Below, piece after piece: positions 53,224-64,000 of a stretch of DNA of 64,000 nt. The position numbers were made by a program, and so were the translations under genes. The notes under the pieces were generated by a model. The model had not been told where the DNA came from, searched no databases, and saw nothing but the letters and a program-made list of their open reading frames with translations. Source of the DNA: Trypanosoma brucei (lineage: Eukaryota); contig CP000066.1 of assembly GCA_000002445.1 (NCBI GenBank), forward strand, positions 1,056,001 through 1,120,000, in the 5' to 3' direction. How positions within the stretch are numbered: the first letter of the stretch is position 1; each line of letters begins with the position of its first letter.

Positions 53224-54464
53224 AGGTAGAGAAATGAAAAGTTTTTGTCGTTTGTTTCCTTTTAATTGCCACTTTTGTGTGGATTCACGCCAGGAGGTGC
53301 CACACGGTGTTTTGCAATGTAGCGATGTGTTGTTACCGCTCCATGTGTTTCTCCTGTTGTCCGTCGCAATTAAAACTTCACTTCCGTTTAGCAGCCGTTT
53401 GTAGTGGTTACTGGCCGTTGTGATTGGTGAATCAATTAATGTCTTGCAGTGTATATGCGTTTATGCATACTTTTCACCTCTCCTGCAGGTGCTTCTTTTT
53501 GGGGAAGTGGAATTCATATGCACACGCAACACAAGGTGAGCACAATCTAAAAGTATTCGAGTAACTTTATTTGTGGTAATACAGGAAAAAAGTGAAATAC
53601 AAATATATATATATAAGAGATGCAAATGTAGGGGGGGGGAGCTAAGAAGAGAAGAGCAGTGAAACAACAACAACCGCTAGGGATTCGGCTAAGGGAAGAG
53701 TAAACGTGGGGAATGTTAGTGAATTTCAACTGCGCCACGTCCGTGGTCAACACACACACACACATATATGTCATGTATATATCATGTATATAATATATAT
53801 ACATATATATGTGTGTTTATTTATGAGTGCGTGTTAGAATCGAGAAGCATTACGCCTTATGTCTCTTGCTGAATCATGTGTCTTTTTTTTTTTTTTAAAA
53901 AAAGCACATGAGTGTAGCAGCGCCCTTCTGTTTGTTGCATTTCAAGGTTTTTTTTATTTTTACTTCCCCTTTCTCTTTTTCACATTCCGCAGTATAACGT
54001 TGCACAGTTTGCAAAGGCCGAGAACTCCTCTAAGAAGTCGCATGAACTTTAACACTCTCCTCCAACTCTATTGCTTGTCGCTATCTTACTCCCTTCCTTC
54101 CTTCCTTCCTTCCTTTTCATTTCATTTTATTTTATTTACTCTACTTTTACTTGCGCATTTTCTTATTGTTGCTGTTGTTCCCTGCTTTTGTAATATTAGT
54201 TTATTTTATCTGATACACTTGTGACCCTTTGGAGGGGGAGGGGTGAGGAAACCAACGTATCACCAGGTTTGTAAGGTGCAAAACGAAGGAAGCGGGTAGT
54301 TTCAGGGGGAGGGGCCCTGTTCGGCGTTCATAACAAATCTAAACACTGAAACAGACAGAAAAAAAAAAGAAATAATTATACATACATTAAAAACTCACAA
54401 AAGTAGCCTAGCAGTAGGAGGCATCTTGTAGAGGGAATAACCGAACAGGGGTAACGCACCGCAC

Positions 54465-55598
54465 ATGATGCCGTGCAAGTCATTTCCTCCGTCCTCTAAA
54501 TTATTGAGGCATCGGTCAAGCGAACTTTATAGCCGTGACAATTTATTCATGTGTAACTTATCGGCTGCCGTGGATGAAGCGGTGCTTAAGCAAATCTTTT
54601 CGCCATATGGAGAAATTCTTTCTGCGGCTGTAATGCGAAATATTCATACGGGTGACAGTCTCGGAACGGCTTTTGTGCGTTTCGCCACAACAGAACAGGC
54701 GCGTGCGGCTCTGGTGGGTTGTCATGGGCGAGTGGTTTGTGGCCGTGTGCTGTCGGTTCAATGGGCGAAGAGGCAACACGATGGCACTCCCGTAGGCGAG
54801 GCCCGAAAGAAAATTGTGAAGTTATTCATACGTAACATTCCTTTGGATGTGGGACCTGAAGATGTGCAACGTCTCTTTGAACGTTTCGGTACTGTGGAGA
54901 GCGTATCACTGCACAAAGACACTGCTGCTGCAACTCCCACTACTGACAACAGCCGACCCCAACGCCGCATTGCATTTGTGACATTTACGGAATCTGGTGT
55001 TGCTGATCGTGCAGCTGAGGCTGTACACAACACTCGTCCCTTCCCATCTCATGGTTCCGTCCCATTAATGGTAAAACTTGCAGAAGATCATTCGGAGCGC
55101 CGGCTCGCTGCTGCCGCTGCTGTGGCTGGTGGAGGTTCGGGGCATAACTCCTCATCATTTTGTGTTCCTCAGCCCCGTTTTGTTGGCCGACAGCAGCCAA
55201 AAGTTCTGCGCCCCCCATCGGGCGAACGTTTGCCCGTGCAACCGCTTTGTGTTTTGGGCTCGAAAGGAAGCGGCCCATCACCAATTCTCCGCTCTCCAAA
55301 TATTGTGGCAGCTACGCGAGTTGATGATTTTATGGATATTGCGGTTGGGCGTTGGAAAATGCCGGAACCCCTTTCTACTACAATAAACACATGTTGTACC
55401 GTTATGCCACAGGCTCCGGTTGGAACCAATGGTAAATTTTTTACCGTTTCAGGTAGTGGACTCTGCGCGGCATCGCGATCAGCCATAAGTTGTTCCATAT
55501 GTGAGAGCAAAAAAGGCATGAGGTACACTCATGAACCATACCGAAGCGTTGTGTGTAACCCCACTGGCATTCCGGTGCCGCCTTCACCAGTGGATTAA
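54465..55598 (+). CDS. RNA-binding protein with two RRM domains, short N-terminus and divergent C-terminus (family copy 3)
   Basis: ATG 54465; 583-bp block 54569-55151 is identical (1 mismatch) to copy 1 36387-36969, encoding both RRMs; flanks diverged. Confidence 0.65.
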   Translation: MMPCKSFPPSSKLLRHRSSELYSRDNLFMCNLSAAVDEAVLKQIFSPYGEILSAAVMRNIHTGDSLGTAFVRFATTEQARAALVGCHGRVVCGRVLSVQWAKRQHDGTPVGEARKKIVKLFIRNIPLDVGPEDVQRLFERFGTVESVSLHKDTAAATPTTDNSRPQRRIAFVTFTESGVADRAAEAVHNTRPFPSHGSVPLMVKLAEDHSERRLAAAAAVAGGGSGHNSSSFCVPQPRFVGRQQPKVLRPPSGERLPVQPLCVLGSKGSGPSPILRSPNIVAATRVDDFMDIAVGRWKMPEPLSTTINTCCTVMPQAPVGTNGKFFTVSGSGLCAASRSAISCSICESKKGMRYTHEPYRSVVCNPTGIPVPPSPVD

Positions 55599-58191
55599 GC
55601 GACGCCTTGCCTACCCTTTGCCTTGCCTTTCTTTGCCTACCCTTTGCCTTGCCTTCCTTCTTTCCTTCTTTCCTTTATTTCGTGTTGTTTTTTTTTGTTT
55701 CTTTTCAAAAAAAAAACAAAGGAAAGTTATGTGGTGATATGATTTGCATTTTTTTTTTCATATATATATATATATATATTGAATAAGTTGTGCCGTTTCT
55801 CTGGCATGCTAGCTCTTTAGTTTATTATTATTATTATTACTGCACCTTCAGCAGCAGTGGATGAAATGAAGGGGAGAGACGGGAGTATTTGCTGATCCGT
55901 TCTTTTTTTTTCATTTTATTATTTTCATTAGTTTTATTATGTTTATTTGGACCATGTGCGTGGGTCTTTATTTATTTCAACGTCGTCTCCTCTCATGATT
56001 TATTCACCACATTTTGTTTGTTTATTTTTATTTTCCCCTCCTCTCCTCCCCTCTCCCGTATTTATTTTATTTGCTTCCAGTATTTCCCTTGAGTCAAGGG
56101 TGAGGTGACAGTCATTAATGACATCAATAATTTCCTCCCACTTGCCTAATGACGTTGAGACGATTCTTTTCGAGTCTCTTTTATTTATTTATTTATTTAT
56201 TTTTTCTCTCTTATTTTTATTTATTTAACTTTATTTATTTAGTTTTATTGCTCTCCGAGTGTTTATTATTGTTAATATCATTTATGACGTTTGATTTATC
56301 CTTTTTATTTTTTATTATTTTTGAATAGAAGGCGACTGAAAATAGGAGGGGGGGGAATTACGAAGTTGAGCGGGGTTTTGTTATATTTGGCCCCTGCAGT
56401 GCTTGAAAAAAGCTCAAAGACAATAACTTCGGCTCCTCCTAATCAAATGAAATGACGCTCTGAATAAATTCCCGTTTATTTTTTGTGTTTATTTATTTTT
56501 TTTATTTGCTTATTTTGTTTGTTTTCTTCAAGGTTATTATTATTATTACTGTTACTATATATATATATATATATATATGATATTTATTTTACGTTTATTT
56601 TTACGTTATTAAAAAAAAAAATATAATGATTCATTCATTTTATTTTTATTTATTTCGTTTAGTTCTGCTTGTGAGTGATTTGTGTATCTGTTAGAGAGGA
56701 TAAATAAAATTAGAGAGAAGAAAAAATAAAATAAAATGAAAAAGAAAATGAAAGGAAAGAGGGAAGAGGAGGAAAATAATAATAATAATTATTATTATTA
56801 TATACAAGTGATGGGACTGGCATATTTTACATAAACCAGTGTGTGTGTATGTATTTTTATCTTGTTAATATTTTAATACGTACGAATTGATTGACAATGA
56901 TGATGAAGGAGGGAAATAAATAAATAAATAAATAATTGAAACAAAATCGAGCCGAAAGGGAAAATGCAGAGGTGACAACAACAATAACAAAAACTGGTAG
57001 CAAAGCTAATATGAATGTCAATGAAAATAATGACAATAATAATAGTAATAATGACAATTATATAATATTAATAATGACAATACCGAAAAAGGTATTACTT
57101 TTGTTTTTGTTTCTATTTACCCTTTCCTCCCTCCTCTTCCCTCCTCTTTTCTTTTACCCATCAGCCGAAGTGTTTGTATTTTTTTTTCCTGTTTATTATT
57201 ATTATTTATTATTATTGTTGTTATTATTGTTGCGGGTTTTTGTTACTGTTTTTGCTACTAATGTTGAGCTGTTCCTCATTTCCTTTCCTTCTTTCTTGTT
57301 TGTTTGTTTAAGTTTCATTATTATTATTATTTATTTATTTTTTTAAAGGAAAACTCTCTTGTTTTAATGAGAAGTGAAATGCGATCACATAAATCAATAA
57401 ATGGATGAATTAAAAGAAAAGAAAAGAAAAAAAATGCCTGATTTTGCGTGAACTTAATCTCTCCACATTTATTTATTTCTTGTGTTGTTTATCTTATTCT
57501 TTACGTAATGCAGTTTTAATGGAGCAATGGTGAGGAGATGACACACAAATATATACAGAATCAAAGTCCCGAAGCAAAAGAGAAGGAGAGAGAGGAAAAA
57601 AAAACGGTAAGATATTTAAGATGACGGTAGATTTTTTTTTTAAAAAAAAGGAGAGATAAAAGGAAATAACAAAAGAAGTGAAGTGTCAACATAAAAAAAA
57701 AAAAGAAAAGAGAAAGGAAGAAAGAGAACAGCAAAGAAATGAGGAAAAAGAAATATATAAACACATAAATGGTGAAAATGACATTTCATCCCTTTTTTTG
57801 GTGATGCTCATATTTCTTCACTGGAGCTATCAGCGATACTTCCGGCACCAAAAAAGAAAAAAAAAATAAGAATTTGTTTTGACTTCATAGCATAATGTTT
57901 GTTTGTCTTTTTTTCTATCCATATCTTCTCATTGATTTTTGTTAATTAAATGGTAGCGTCATATTTAGCGTCTCATTTTGGTGGTTGTTGTTGCTGTTGT
58001 TGTTCAAGCCGCGTGTTAGGCGCATTATTATTATTATTACAACTAGTCCTTAGTCACAAACAGAAATACGCACACGCATATATATATATATATATTGTGG
58101 GTTTTTTTTACTTTGTGTTAAACAATAAATAAATAAATAAATAAAAAACGCATTTAGTTGCTTAGCGCACTTTATAGGACACATCCGTTCA
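55599..58191. repeat. 2.6 kb ORF-free AT-rich low-complexity span downstream of RRM copy 3
   Basis: (TA)n 55760-55790 and 56555-56580, (ATAAATAA)n, (ATT)n; no credible ORF. Confidence 0.65.
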
Positions 58192-59085
58192 ATGGTTTCC
58201 TTCACTTGTAGCGTCTGTCAAGACGTTGTGAAAAAACCCAAAGTTGCGGGTCACGGGAATATGTGCCGCGGCGCCTCTTTTGCGTGTGTGGATTGCATGG
58301 AAGTGTTTGACATTCACACTGTTAAGGGCCACACTTCATGTGTAACGGAGGTTGAAAAATATCAGGGAAAATGGCGGCGCAACACTTCAGGTGGATTTCA
58401 GCCGCAGCAACAACAAAACCAAAAACTTAATGGACATCAAAAATCTGCTAATGATAGTGATGATGAAAACCACTACGGTAATGGTAAAAGCGATAGTAAA
58501 GGATACATCAATGGTAATAATGCGGGAAGGAATGGTGCAGATAAGAAAATGCGACGGCCCGCCATGCAGCTAAGCAGCGATTCAGACGACGATGACGACT
58601 CGTGGGTAAAACAAAAGAAGAAAACTTCCAATAAGGCGGGAGAAGCAGAAAAAACAACTCAATCAACAGATGCATCATCATCATTATCATCATCATCCGT
58701 AGTGGCAGCGAAGGCGGTATCAAATGTTTTAATTACCGCTGCGACGGTTTATGAAGCGGAAGGCGCTGAAGTGCGGCGGGGGAAACGACATCGGTTAGAA
58801 CCATTAGTGCTACCGCGTTCCGTGTGCTCGACGGAGGCATCCGATTGCGTTGTTCCAAGTTTTGTATTGGGAAGTGATGATGAGGTGACAAAAGTGGTGC
58901 GGTGGGTTCTTGAAGATGCGGCACCGGCAACACTCAACATGAAAGAACTCGCACGGAAACTTGTGGAATGTTATGAGGCCCGGCTCGCACGGAAGTTGCG
59001 ATGTGTTGTGGAGTCACTCATACGCCGGGGGAAACTCCGCCTTGAGGAGGGTGTGGTAATGATGCGAGATGAAGAGGCGGGATAA
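58192..59085 (+). CDS. LYAR-type C2HC zinc-finger nucleolar protein homologue
   Basis: ATG 58192; 'MVSFTCSVCQDVVKKPKVAGHGNMCRGASFACVDCMEVFDIHTVKGHTSCVTEVEKYQGKW' matches LYAR 'MVFFTCNACGESVKKIQVEKHVSVCRNCECLSCIDCGKDFWGDDYKNHVKCISEDQKYGGKGY'; acidic/Ser-rich middle, basic C-terminus. Confidence 0.75.
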   Translation: MVSFTCSVCQDVVKKPKVAGHGNMCRGASFACVDCMEVFDIHTVKGHTSCVTEVEKYQGKWRRNTSGGFQPQQQQNQKLNGHQKSANDSDDENHYGNGKSDSKGYINGNNAGRNGADKKMRRPAMQLSSDSDDDDDSWVKQKKKTSNKAGEAEKTTQSTDASSSLSSSSVVAAKAVSNVLITAATVYEAEGAEVRRGKRHRLEPLVLPRSVCSTEASDCVVPSFVLGSDDEVTKVVRWVLEDAAPATLNMKELARKLVECYEARLARKLRCVVESLIRRGKLRLEEGVVMMRDEEAG

Positions 59086-60801
59086 CAATGTGTGTAACAG
59101 TTGTAATTGTAACTATTGTAATTGTAATTGTAACTGTTGTTATTGTTATTGTTTTTACAGGAGAAAAGGAAGTAGGAGTTAAAAATAAGGGGGTTAATAC
59201 ATAACATGTGTGAGAGATTGCAGAGGAGGAGGAGGAGGAGGAGGAATTAAAATAAAATAAAGATAAGAAGAAGAAAAATGAAGAAAGTAATAACGGTCAC
59301 AAGGGCGGCAGGAGAGGAAGGAAGAGTTAAGGAAGAAAAATAAGTGCTCGTTTAGTGAACTTAATAACTTTTGACTCAGGAAAGTTAACGGAATGAGGAC
59401 GGGTCTTATTCTTTGTCGTTTTTTTCTTTTCGTTCGTCTTATTGTCCTCGTTTCGCCGTCTACGGCTTCGGCATGCTTCTTTAGCATCAGTTCTACACTT
59501 ACAGTTCTCTTGTTGTTTTGGATCCTCTTGTTTTTCAAAACGGGAGATAAAGGTGAGAGATGACAACATAAAACAAAAAAAAGAAGTATATGAAAAAAAC
59601 AGTAATAATATTAATATTATTAAAGATGTTAGTGAAAACAACGATATCAAAATAAGGGGGACCCAGACGAAAATAATTGAGATAAGCCCATTTCTTTTTT
59701 TTTTTTTACTCGCGTGGGGAATGCGGCCTTGCGGGTTCACATGAATTCGGATCTCTATTATTATTGTGATGATGATGATGATGATATTGCGTTAGTTGGG
59801 CATATTTTCTGCGTTTGCATGTCTGTATTTTCCTTCATGCTGTCGCTTCGCTTAATCCTCTCATGTATCATTTGTTTCTTTTTTTTTGTTGTTGTTGCTC
59901 TACTGTTGACATAATTTACTGTCGTCACTTGTCATTTTATTTCTTTATTTCCTCGATCTTACTTCTTCATTCGGTAGCGTAGTTACGCCTCAATTCGATG
60001 TTCCGCCCGTTTTAAATGGAAGACGCCGCATGCGCATGTACATGTTATTATACATGTTATTATACATATTAATGTATATATTAATGTATATATTAGTGTA
60101 TATATATATATATGTCACAGTGTGCCATACGTTGTTTTAAACACGATGGAGAATCCCTCTCTTCCTCCTCCTCTTTATTTTACGGGTGAATATAAATAAA
60201 TGTTGGTGGAGATAAATATTCCTTCTCATTTGCACAGTGTGTGTTTGCCAGCACCGACTGATGTATTTCGGGTTCGTGTGTCGTTTAGGGATGCTTTTGT
60301 TGGGTTCTTCCGGTAAAGGGGAAGAAAAGTACACGACATCATTTCGTTTTATTGTGTTTGGGAATGAATCACTAAACAAATGCATCGCGCAAGGCTGCTG
60401 AGGCCAGGAGTTGCAGTTCGCACACGAACACAAACATTTGCGTATATATATATATATTCCTTTTTTCTCTTTCTCTCTCCCTTTTCTCTTTCCCAATTCC
60501 CAGTTTAGTGTAAAGTGAGTGCGTGAAAGCATTCAGGCGTGGTAACAACAGCAATTGGTTCCGGTTGACACGGCCAACCATCACCAACTCAACCCACCAT
60601 AGCGGAGCATAAACGAAAACGTGCCCCGCCGTATTTGTACAGTGGCGAGTTGTGGTGTTGGTAACAAAAACAGAGGGAAGCGTTTTATTTTTCTTCGCTG
60701 TCTCAACTCATTTGCCATAAGGCTCCCTCCCCCCCCTCAAAAAGTAAAAATAAAAAAATAAAACCGTGCTCTCGTAGTGGTGGGGGCATTGTTGGATTCT
60801 A

Positions 60802-62163
60802 ATGAAGTGCTGGTCTCCGCATTCTGTACGGAAGAATCTTGCAAAACACCTGCGGGATCTTAAGGAGGATTCGGACGCCCCGCCAGCACTCCGCTGCCTC
60901 GCAGCGGAAAGCAGTTGGGACAGTATTGATGCATTTGGTGATACCTGCAATGAAGGAAGTGGTGCAACTTGGGGCTATTCCGAGCTGGAGTTTAGTGGGG
61001 GAGAAATTGATGAGGCGATCCGAGAGGAAGTGTCCTCGCGACAATCGTCATTAACTCCGGTTGGAACCAAAAGGGAGCTTTGTATTGGTGACAGTGCGGA
61101 AGAAGTATCTGGGTTCATACGGACACTCAGTTCAGGGTCACCGGTAGGCCGTTCTGTGAAGGGTGGCGGTGGGCGTAAAGTTAGTTGCACCCCAAAGGGA
61201 CGGTTTATGAACCACGACGGTGCTAGGGCTTTATCTGTTTTACTTCCCCTTACGGGTTTAAGACATCATCCAACGTTTCCTGTAGATCCGTCGCTTAGTT
61301 GCAGTCAGGTGCGCAAGTCGGGTGGGAATAAGTTCAAGTCTGCGCCGTTGCTACTGTGTGACAACAAACAAAGGAAACCAATTTCTAGCCGTCAACCAAA
61401 GGGTTCTTTTCGGAATCATCGGGCACATCTGCACCAACCACTTGCATCGCTGCAGCCCGAATCGTTCTTTGCTTCCTACCCTTGCGGTAGGTTGCATCAC
61501 CTCGTTAGAAATCCAAAAGTCAAACAGTTTGTGGCATATAGAAGCGGCAACGGCAACAGCGACGTGTCGAACTTTGCTCTGGACGCCACGGTGACACGCC
61601 GTTCCCGCCGCCAGAGAGTAAATGAGCATTTGTTCGTGGATGGAGAAGTGAAACCCCACCCGCGTAGCCGGACACACTCCAAACATTTATCCGAGTCCCT
61701 CCTAACCCCTACCGCCAGCGCGCCTATTTTGGAGCTTTTGGCCCCGCGGAAAACGCCGCACAGAAATGCGGGTGAAGGCGTACGTGGGGGAACGCTAAGT
61801 GTTCGTAGTCAGTTCGACTATTGCTTCAGCCCGGGAGGAACCTCACGGAGCTCAAACAACAATCGCATCATCCGCCAGGGTTCTGCGGAATGGTTCGAGC
61901 GCGCCTCTGGTGGGCAAAACAGTCAATCGAATTTGTATTGGAGGCATGCAACTCGCGTGCGTGCCGCCCTCACAATGCGAGGTATGGGAGATGGCGGTGA
62001 TGCGGGTGCGGCGCTATCGCAAGAATGCGGCAGTCCAGTCAGTTCATTATGGGCGAGCACAACTTTCACAATTGATATGCGGCCTTCCCTGTGCGATGCG
62101 CCTTTAGACATCCTCATGACATCATCCGCAACAACAGGCAGTCCATACACCACCATTGGGTAA
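60802..62163 (+). CDS. Hypothetical Ser/Arg/Gly-rich basic protein (453 aa), no family recognised
   Basis: ATG 60802; coding-like GC, long ORF bounded by AT-rich flanks; low-complexity composition, so the call is tentative. Confidence 0.4.
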   Translation: MKCWSPHSVRKNLAKHLRDLKEDSDAPPALRCLAAESSWDSIDAFGDTCNEGSGATWGYSELEFSGGEIDEAIREEVSSRQSSLTPVGTKRELCIGDSAEEVSGFIRTLSSGSPVGRSVKGGGGRKVSCTPKGRFMNHDGARALSVLLPLTGLRHHPTFPVDPSLSCSQVRKSGGNKFKSAPLLLCDNKQRKPISSRQPKGSFRNHRAHLHQPLASLQPESFFASYPCGRLHHLVRNPKVKQFVAYRSGNGNSDVSNFALDATVTRRSRRQRVNEHLFVDGEVKPHPRSRTHSKHLSESLLTPTASAPILELLAPRKTPHRNAGEGVRGGTLSVRSQFDYCFSPGGTSRSSNNNRIIRQGSAEWFERASGGQNSQSNLYWRHATRVRAALTMRGMGDGGDAGAALSQECGSPVSSLWASTTFTIDMRPSLCDAPLDILMTSSATTGSPYTTIG

Positions 62164-63667
62164 CTTTTGTGTGCAAGTCTTCCCTTTTGTTGACCATTTT
62201 TTCCATTTTCGTTTCTCCTCTTTTCTTTTCTTTTTATTTCCGTTTTCGTTCTATTTCCGGTTGGAAGGATACGGAGTTGTGCTGGTGAGCACCGAAACGC
62301 TATTTTAAATATCAACTGTTTGCTCTCTTCTCTCCCCTTTGCTTGTTCGAGGTGCTGAGATTGCTTCTTTCCACTTTATGATTGCTTATTTCGCGTGGCT
62401 GCGAGTTACGCTGCGGGACTACTGTGCAATGTACCGGAAGGTGCCTCGTGCATGGGCGTCGAAGGCAGTACGCGGTTATAAACATATGCAATAACATACA
62501 ATAATATACATTAATATGTATACAATATATATATTAATCCAAGTATATGTACAAGTATGCGAATAAAAAAGTATATTACATAAACAAGAGCGGAAGGCGG
62601 GTGTTTACGGATGTAGCAGCACACATGCTTGCATACACTGAGAACCCCGCGGTGTAAGTTCTTCGCTTCGCTTTTCAACATTTTTTTCCCCCCTGAAACC
62701 CGACCGTTGTGTTTCGTTTTTCTTTTTTTTTTTTCGCCTCATCGTCGTGGTGGTGGGTGTGGGCTCATTTGTTGTGTGCGCGTTATTGTGTTTAAAAGGG
62801 GGGGGGGTGCGTACCACGCTGTTGAAATACTTTTAGTGCTGCCGCGGCCCTTGCGGGGAGATAAACAGAGGAAAGGCGTGAGGAATATATATATATATAT
62901 ATATATTTCTGTAGTTTTGGAAACGCTGGAGAGCTCTCGTTTTTTTTTGGGGGGGGGGGAGGTCGGGGAAGGGGGCGTTTTCGCCTCCCGCCACTCATGC
63001 GGAGATGGTGTGCTACCGGCATTGCATAAACTCGTGAATACTGCCATTTATTTATTTCATTAGTTTCTCTTTATATTTCTTCTGTTTCTTCGCCATGTAG
63101 TTTTTTTTTTTTGGAATATATATATATATATATATTTATTTATTTATTTATTTATATATTCCTTTCCAGAAAGGAGTAGTTGGTAGGGGATATATGACTC
63201 CTGTATTTGGTACCGCTGCTTTCTTTTGTAGGTTGCGGTCCTCGTCTCTGCGACGATTTTGCCTCAATCATCAACGCAGGGCTCGCAGTAGCGGCAGTTC
63301 AATTGGTATTGCTCATGAAGTTACTTCACTTCACCCATATGGTTGCAGCAACAATGTTGTTGGTTCTACACGGGTTTGGAATGAAACGGAGAATTGGTGC
63401 AGTCTTTGCTTGGAGCCACTTAACAGTTGGAGCGAGCACCGCGGGAAGCGCGATCACATTTGTTTGGAGATGTTTTATAATGCGATAACTCAATACGGGC
63501 GCCGCTGGTCACCATCGACATTATGGTGGGAAGTGGAGGAATGCACTTTGCTGCGTCGCCATGCTTCTCCGCGACTTGTGTTGGATGGTGGCGAGGGTTT
63601 TTTTAGTGGTTGTATTTTGGATTATGTACGCGACTCAACTGGAAAGAGGGGAGGTCTTAGTCTTTTG

Positions 63668-64000
63668 ATGGATTATTACGATCGAATGGAGCATTACAAG
63701 CGGCGTTTGGAGCTCTACGCTTGCATTCAACATTTGATTGACAATGGTATCGTGCGCACCGATCGGGGTTCGCTGGGCGGCGGCGCGTCATTCCACGGTT
63801 CTCTCGTGACATTCAAGGAATTATTTCCAAATTTAGTAAATATGTTTCCATTTGCGGACGCAAAGGAGATCTCCGCCTTAACACAAATGATAGCCTCGAC
63901 GTATAACGGTGAAACGGTATTCGACTTGTGTAACTTCCAGGGGTTGCTTCCAGCGGGTCAAGGAGGAGGCGATACAACAGGAGGAAAAGGCAATACTTCA
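63668..64000 (+). CDS. Hypothetical protein, 3' partial (open to window end)
   Basis: ATG 63668 (MDYYDRMEHYKRRLELYACIQHLIDNGIVRTDRGSLGG...) with no stop before base 64000; absent from the ORF track because no stop lies in the window. Confidence 0.35.
   Translation, partial: MDYYDRMEHYKRRLELYACIQHLIDNGIVRTDRGSLGGGASFHGSLVTFKELFPNLVNMFPFADAKEISALTQMIASTYNGETVFDLCNFQGLLPAGQGGGDTTGGKGNTS

Noticed and set aside
63285-63315. tRNA D-arm-like string 'gcggcagttcaattggtattgctc'
   Set aside because: No matching acceptor stem or T-loop (GTTCRANYC) nearby, so it is not a tRNA.
63207-63488. 93-aa hydrophobic ORF
   Set aside because: It is short, its track start is TTG and it has no recognisable features. 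The first in-frame ATG lies well inside the ORF.
1-64000. CRISPR arrays, rRNA genes, rho-independent terminators
   Set aside because: The sequence is eukaryotic (kinetoplastid) in organisation. No direct-repeat/spacer arrays and no rRNA-like conserved blocks were seen.

Overview
This window is a kinetoplastid (Trypanosoma-type) nuclear chromosome segment. Coding GC is moderate to high, intergenic DNA is strongly AT-rich and microsatellite-laden, and polypyrimidine tracts ending in AG sit upstream of almost every gene. Every credible gene lies on the + strand, so the 64 kb is one unidirectional polycistronic transcription unit carrying about 20 protein-coding genes. No rRNA, tRNA, CRISPR or transposon could be supported by eye. 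The ORF track uses non-ATG starts (TTG, GTG, CTG read as M), so I re-derived several start codons from the sequence. Products I recognise by motif or family are a CWC16/Yju2 splicing factor, a Sec16-like COPII scaffold, carnitine/choline O-acyltransferase, RNA polymerase III subunit RPC34, an Aurora-type kinase, ribosome-biogenesis factor LTV1, a LYAR-type zinc-finger protein and a CBP3/UQCC1-like chaperone. Two further families are described below. Two structures stand out. The first is a tandem pair of giant polytopic-membrane plus class-3-lipase (DAGL-like) genes whose 3' halves are mosaics of 100%-identical gene-conversion tracts. The second is a dispersed three-member family of two-RRM RNA-binding-protein genes sharing in-register identical conversion blocks. 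Those three genes are separated by very long ORF-free, AT-rich low-complexity spans of 4.3, 8.1 and 2.6 kb, which most plausibly represent multi-kb regulatory 3' UTRs. The large protein truncated at the 5' window edge carries nucleoredoxin/tryparedoxin-like thioredoxin-fold repeats that have lost their CXXC active sites. Species assignment (African-trypanosome-like) is inference only.
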